In this document: positions 63,941-64,000 of the stretch, piece after piece
How positions within the stretch are numbered: the stretch's first letter is position 1
Layout of the letters: every line of letters starts with the position of its first letter
Source: Eledone cirrhosa
Lineage: Eukaryota
DNA length: 64,000 nt
Direction: 5' to 3'
NCBI GenBank assembly: GCA_964016885.1
Contig: OZ024753.1
Span: 24,676,001 to 24,740,000 of the forward strand
Position numbers and translations under genes: made by a program
The notes under the pieces: generated by a model
Told to the model about the DNA's origin: nothing
Databases searched by the model: none
What the model saw: only the letters and a program-made list of their open reading frames with translations

Positions 63941-64000
63941 ATACATATTTATATATTATGTACATACACACACATACATCATCACTTTATATCTGCCTTC

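Overview
AT-rich, repeat-dominated eukaryotic DNA, most likely an octopus or other coleoid cephalopod (inferred from RTE LINEs with (GAT)n tails, Nin-domain tRNA-SINEs and huge microsatellites). Nearly every ORF in the supplied track is a repeat artefact or retroelement. Hidden among the repeats is a minus-strand host gene of tiny exons that I joined by splice phase: (48063-48037?), 47890-47859, 40295-40117, 23618-23570, 11161-11062 and possibly 5970-5914 / 5752-5729. It encodes a coiled-coil protein resembling the synaptonemal-complex central-element protein SIX6OS1/C14orf39 (comparison from memory, needs a search). One intron (23569-11162, about 12.4 kb) has clear U12 minor-spliceosome signals. 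The introns hold a near full-length RTE LINE with an intact APE-RT ORF, many RTE fragments and SINEs, a Penelope-like element with inverted pseudo-LTRs, several minimal hammerhead ribozyme motifs, Helitron-like ends, a nested mariner/piggyBac-MITE/RTE stack, CR1 and R4-like fragments, long palindromes, and large tandem arrays (8, 26, 37, 40, 41, 46, 47/48, 61 bp units), several seeded by retroelement 3' UTRs or hammerhead cores.
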